NCBI GenBank assembly: GCA_963758695.1
Contig: CAVWWM010000025.1
Coordinates: forward strand, 937 to 64,936
Direction of reading: 5' to 3'
Length of the DNA stretch: 64,000 bases
Origin: an uncultured Actinomycetes bacterium
GTDB taxonomy: Bacteria > Actinomycetota > Acidimicrobiia > Spongiisociales > DATADW01
Shown here: piece by piece, positions 63,769 to 64,000 of the stretch
How positions within the stretch are numbered: the first letter of the stretch is position 1
Layout of the letters: each line of letters starts with the position of its first letter
The notes under the pieces: generated by a model
Told to the model about the DNA's origin: nothing
The model's input: the letters and a program-made list of their open reading frames with translations, nothing else
Databases searched by the model: none
Made by a program: the position numbers and the translations under genes

Positions 63769-64000
63769 TCACTCCAGGAACTGCTCGATCTCGGCCATGA
63801 ACGCCGGAAACTCGTCGCGGTGCATCGAGTGGCTGGATCCTGGGATCGACACGAAACGAATGTGGTTGTTGAGCCCGACGAGACTCTCGCCAAGCGCCGG
63901 TGGGACGAGCGCGCCCAGCTCGGGGTCAGCGCCGAGGACCAGCGTCGGGATGGTGAGCGCAGCCAGTTCTGCCATGACGTTCCACGGGTCGTTCTGCCGG
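63769..64000 (-). CDS. alpha/beta hydrolase, C-terminal part only (5' end off the window)
   Basis: IPTLVLGADPE...IPGSSHSMHRDEFPAF is typical of the catalytic-His region of the alpha/beta fold. The ORF is open to the window edge. Confidence 0.6.
   Translation of the reverse strand, partial: RQNDPWNVMAELAALTIPTLVLGADPELGALVPPALGESLVGLNNHIRFVSIPGSSHSMHRDEFPAFMAEIEQFLE

Noticed and set aside
1-64000. Search for mobile elements, prophage, toxin-antitoxin pairs or known defence systems (restriction-modification, Cas, retron, nuclease/helicase/ATPase cassettes).
   Set aside because: No transposase, integrase, recombinase, reverse transcriptase, phage structural gene, or typical defence ATPase/nuclease motif was found in any frame. 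The accessory-looking content is glycan biosynthesis plus non-autonomous repeats.

Overview
High-G+C (judged by eye, not computed) bacterial chromosomal segment with actinobacterial-type gene content: F420/LLM-class oxidoreductases, DUF2203, sufC-sufS-sufU and an OmpR-type two-component pair. I saw no rRNA, tRNA, CRISPR, transposase, integrase or phage genes. Layout: a frame-broken lpd and an alpha/beta hydrolase (1-2.1 kb). A 1991-aa secreted PQQ-type sugar dehydrogenase carrying 4x(PKD + LamG-like) modules (2.3-8.3 kb). A divergent PNP-family gene and a Dpp/Opp-type ABC importer (8.5-14.9 kb). A ~28 kb glycopolymer locus (15.1-43.4 kb) with UDP- and CDP-sugar enzymes, two LmbE deacetylases, a NodB deacetylase, GNATs, GT4 transferases, a WecA-like primer, a PCP/BY-kinase-like protein, a sulfotransferase and a carrier protein. 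Lipid and redox housekeeping genes (43.4-53.8 kb). Then lipoprotein-sufC-sufS-sufU, two Ser/Thr-rich secreted paralogs around the two-component system, a second sulfotransferase-like gene and aspA (53.9-64 kb). The three most unusual signals: (i) A tandemly duplicated A-B-A-B set of atypical alpha/beta-fold proteins. They are translationally coupled, lack a Ser nucleophile, and face a DltC-like carrier protein. (ii) A dense family (9 loci) of composite palindromic intergenic elements built from two C6/G6 double-hairpin modules flanked by CCGTCTK heptamer arrays. (iii) The modular giant secreted protein. Caveat: about 20 apparent frameshifts interrupt conserved genes, often at homopolymers. The sequence therefore either carries assembly indels or the genome is rich in pseudogenes. 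All family assignments come from reading motifs, not from searches.
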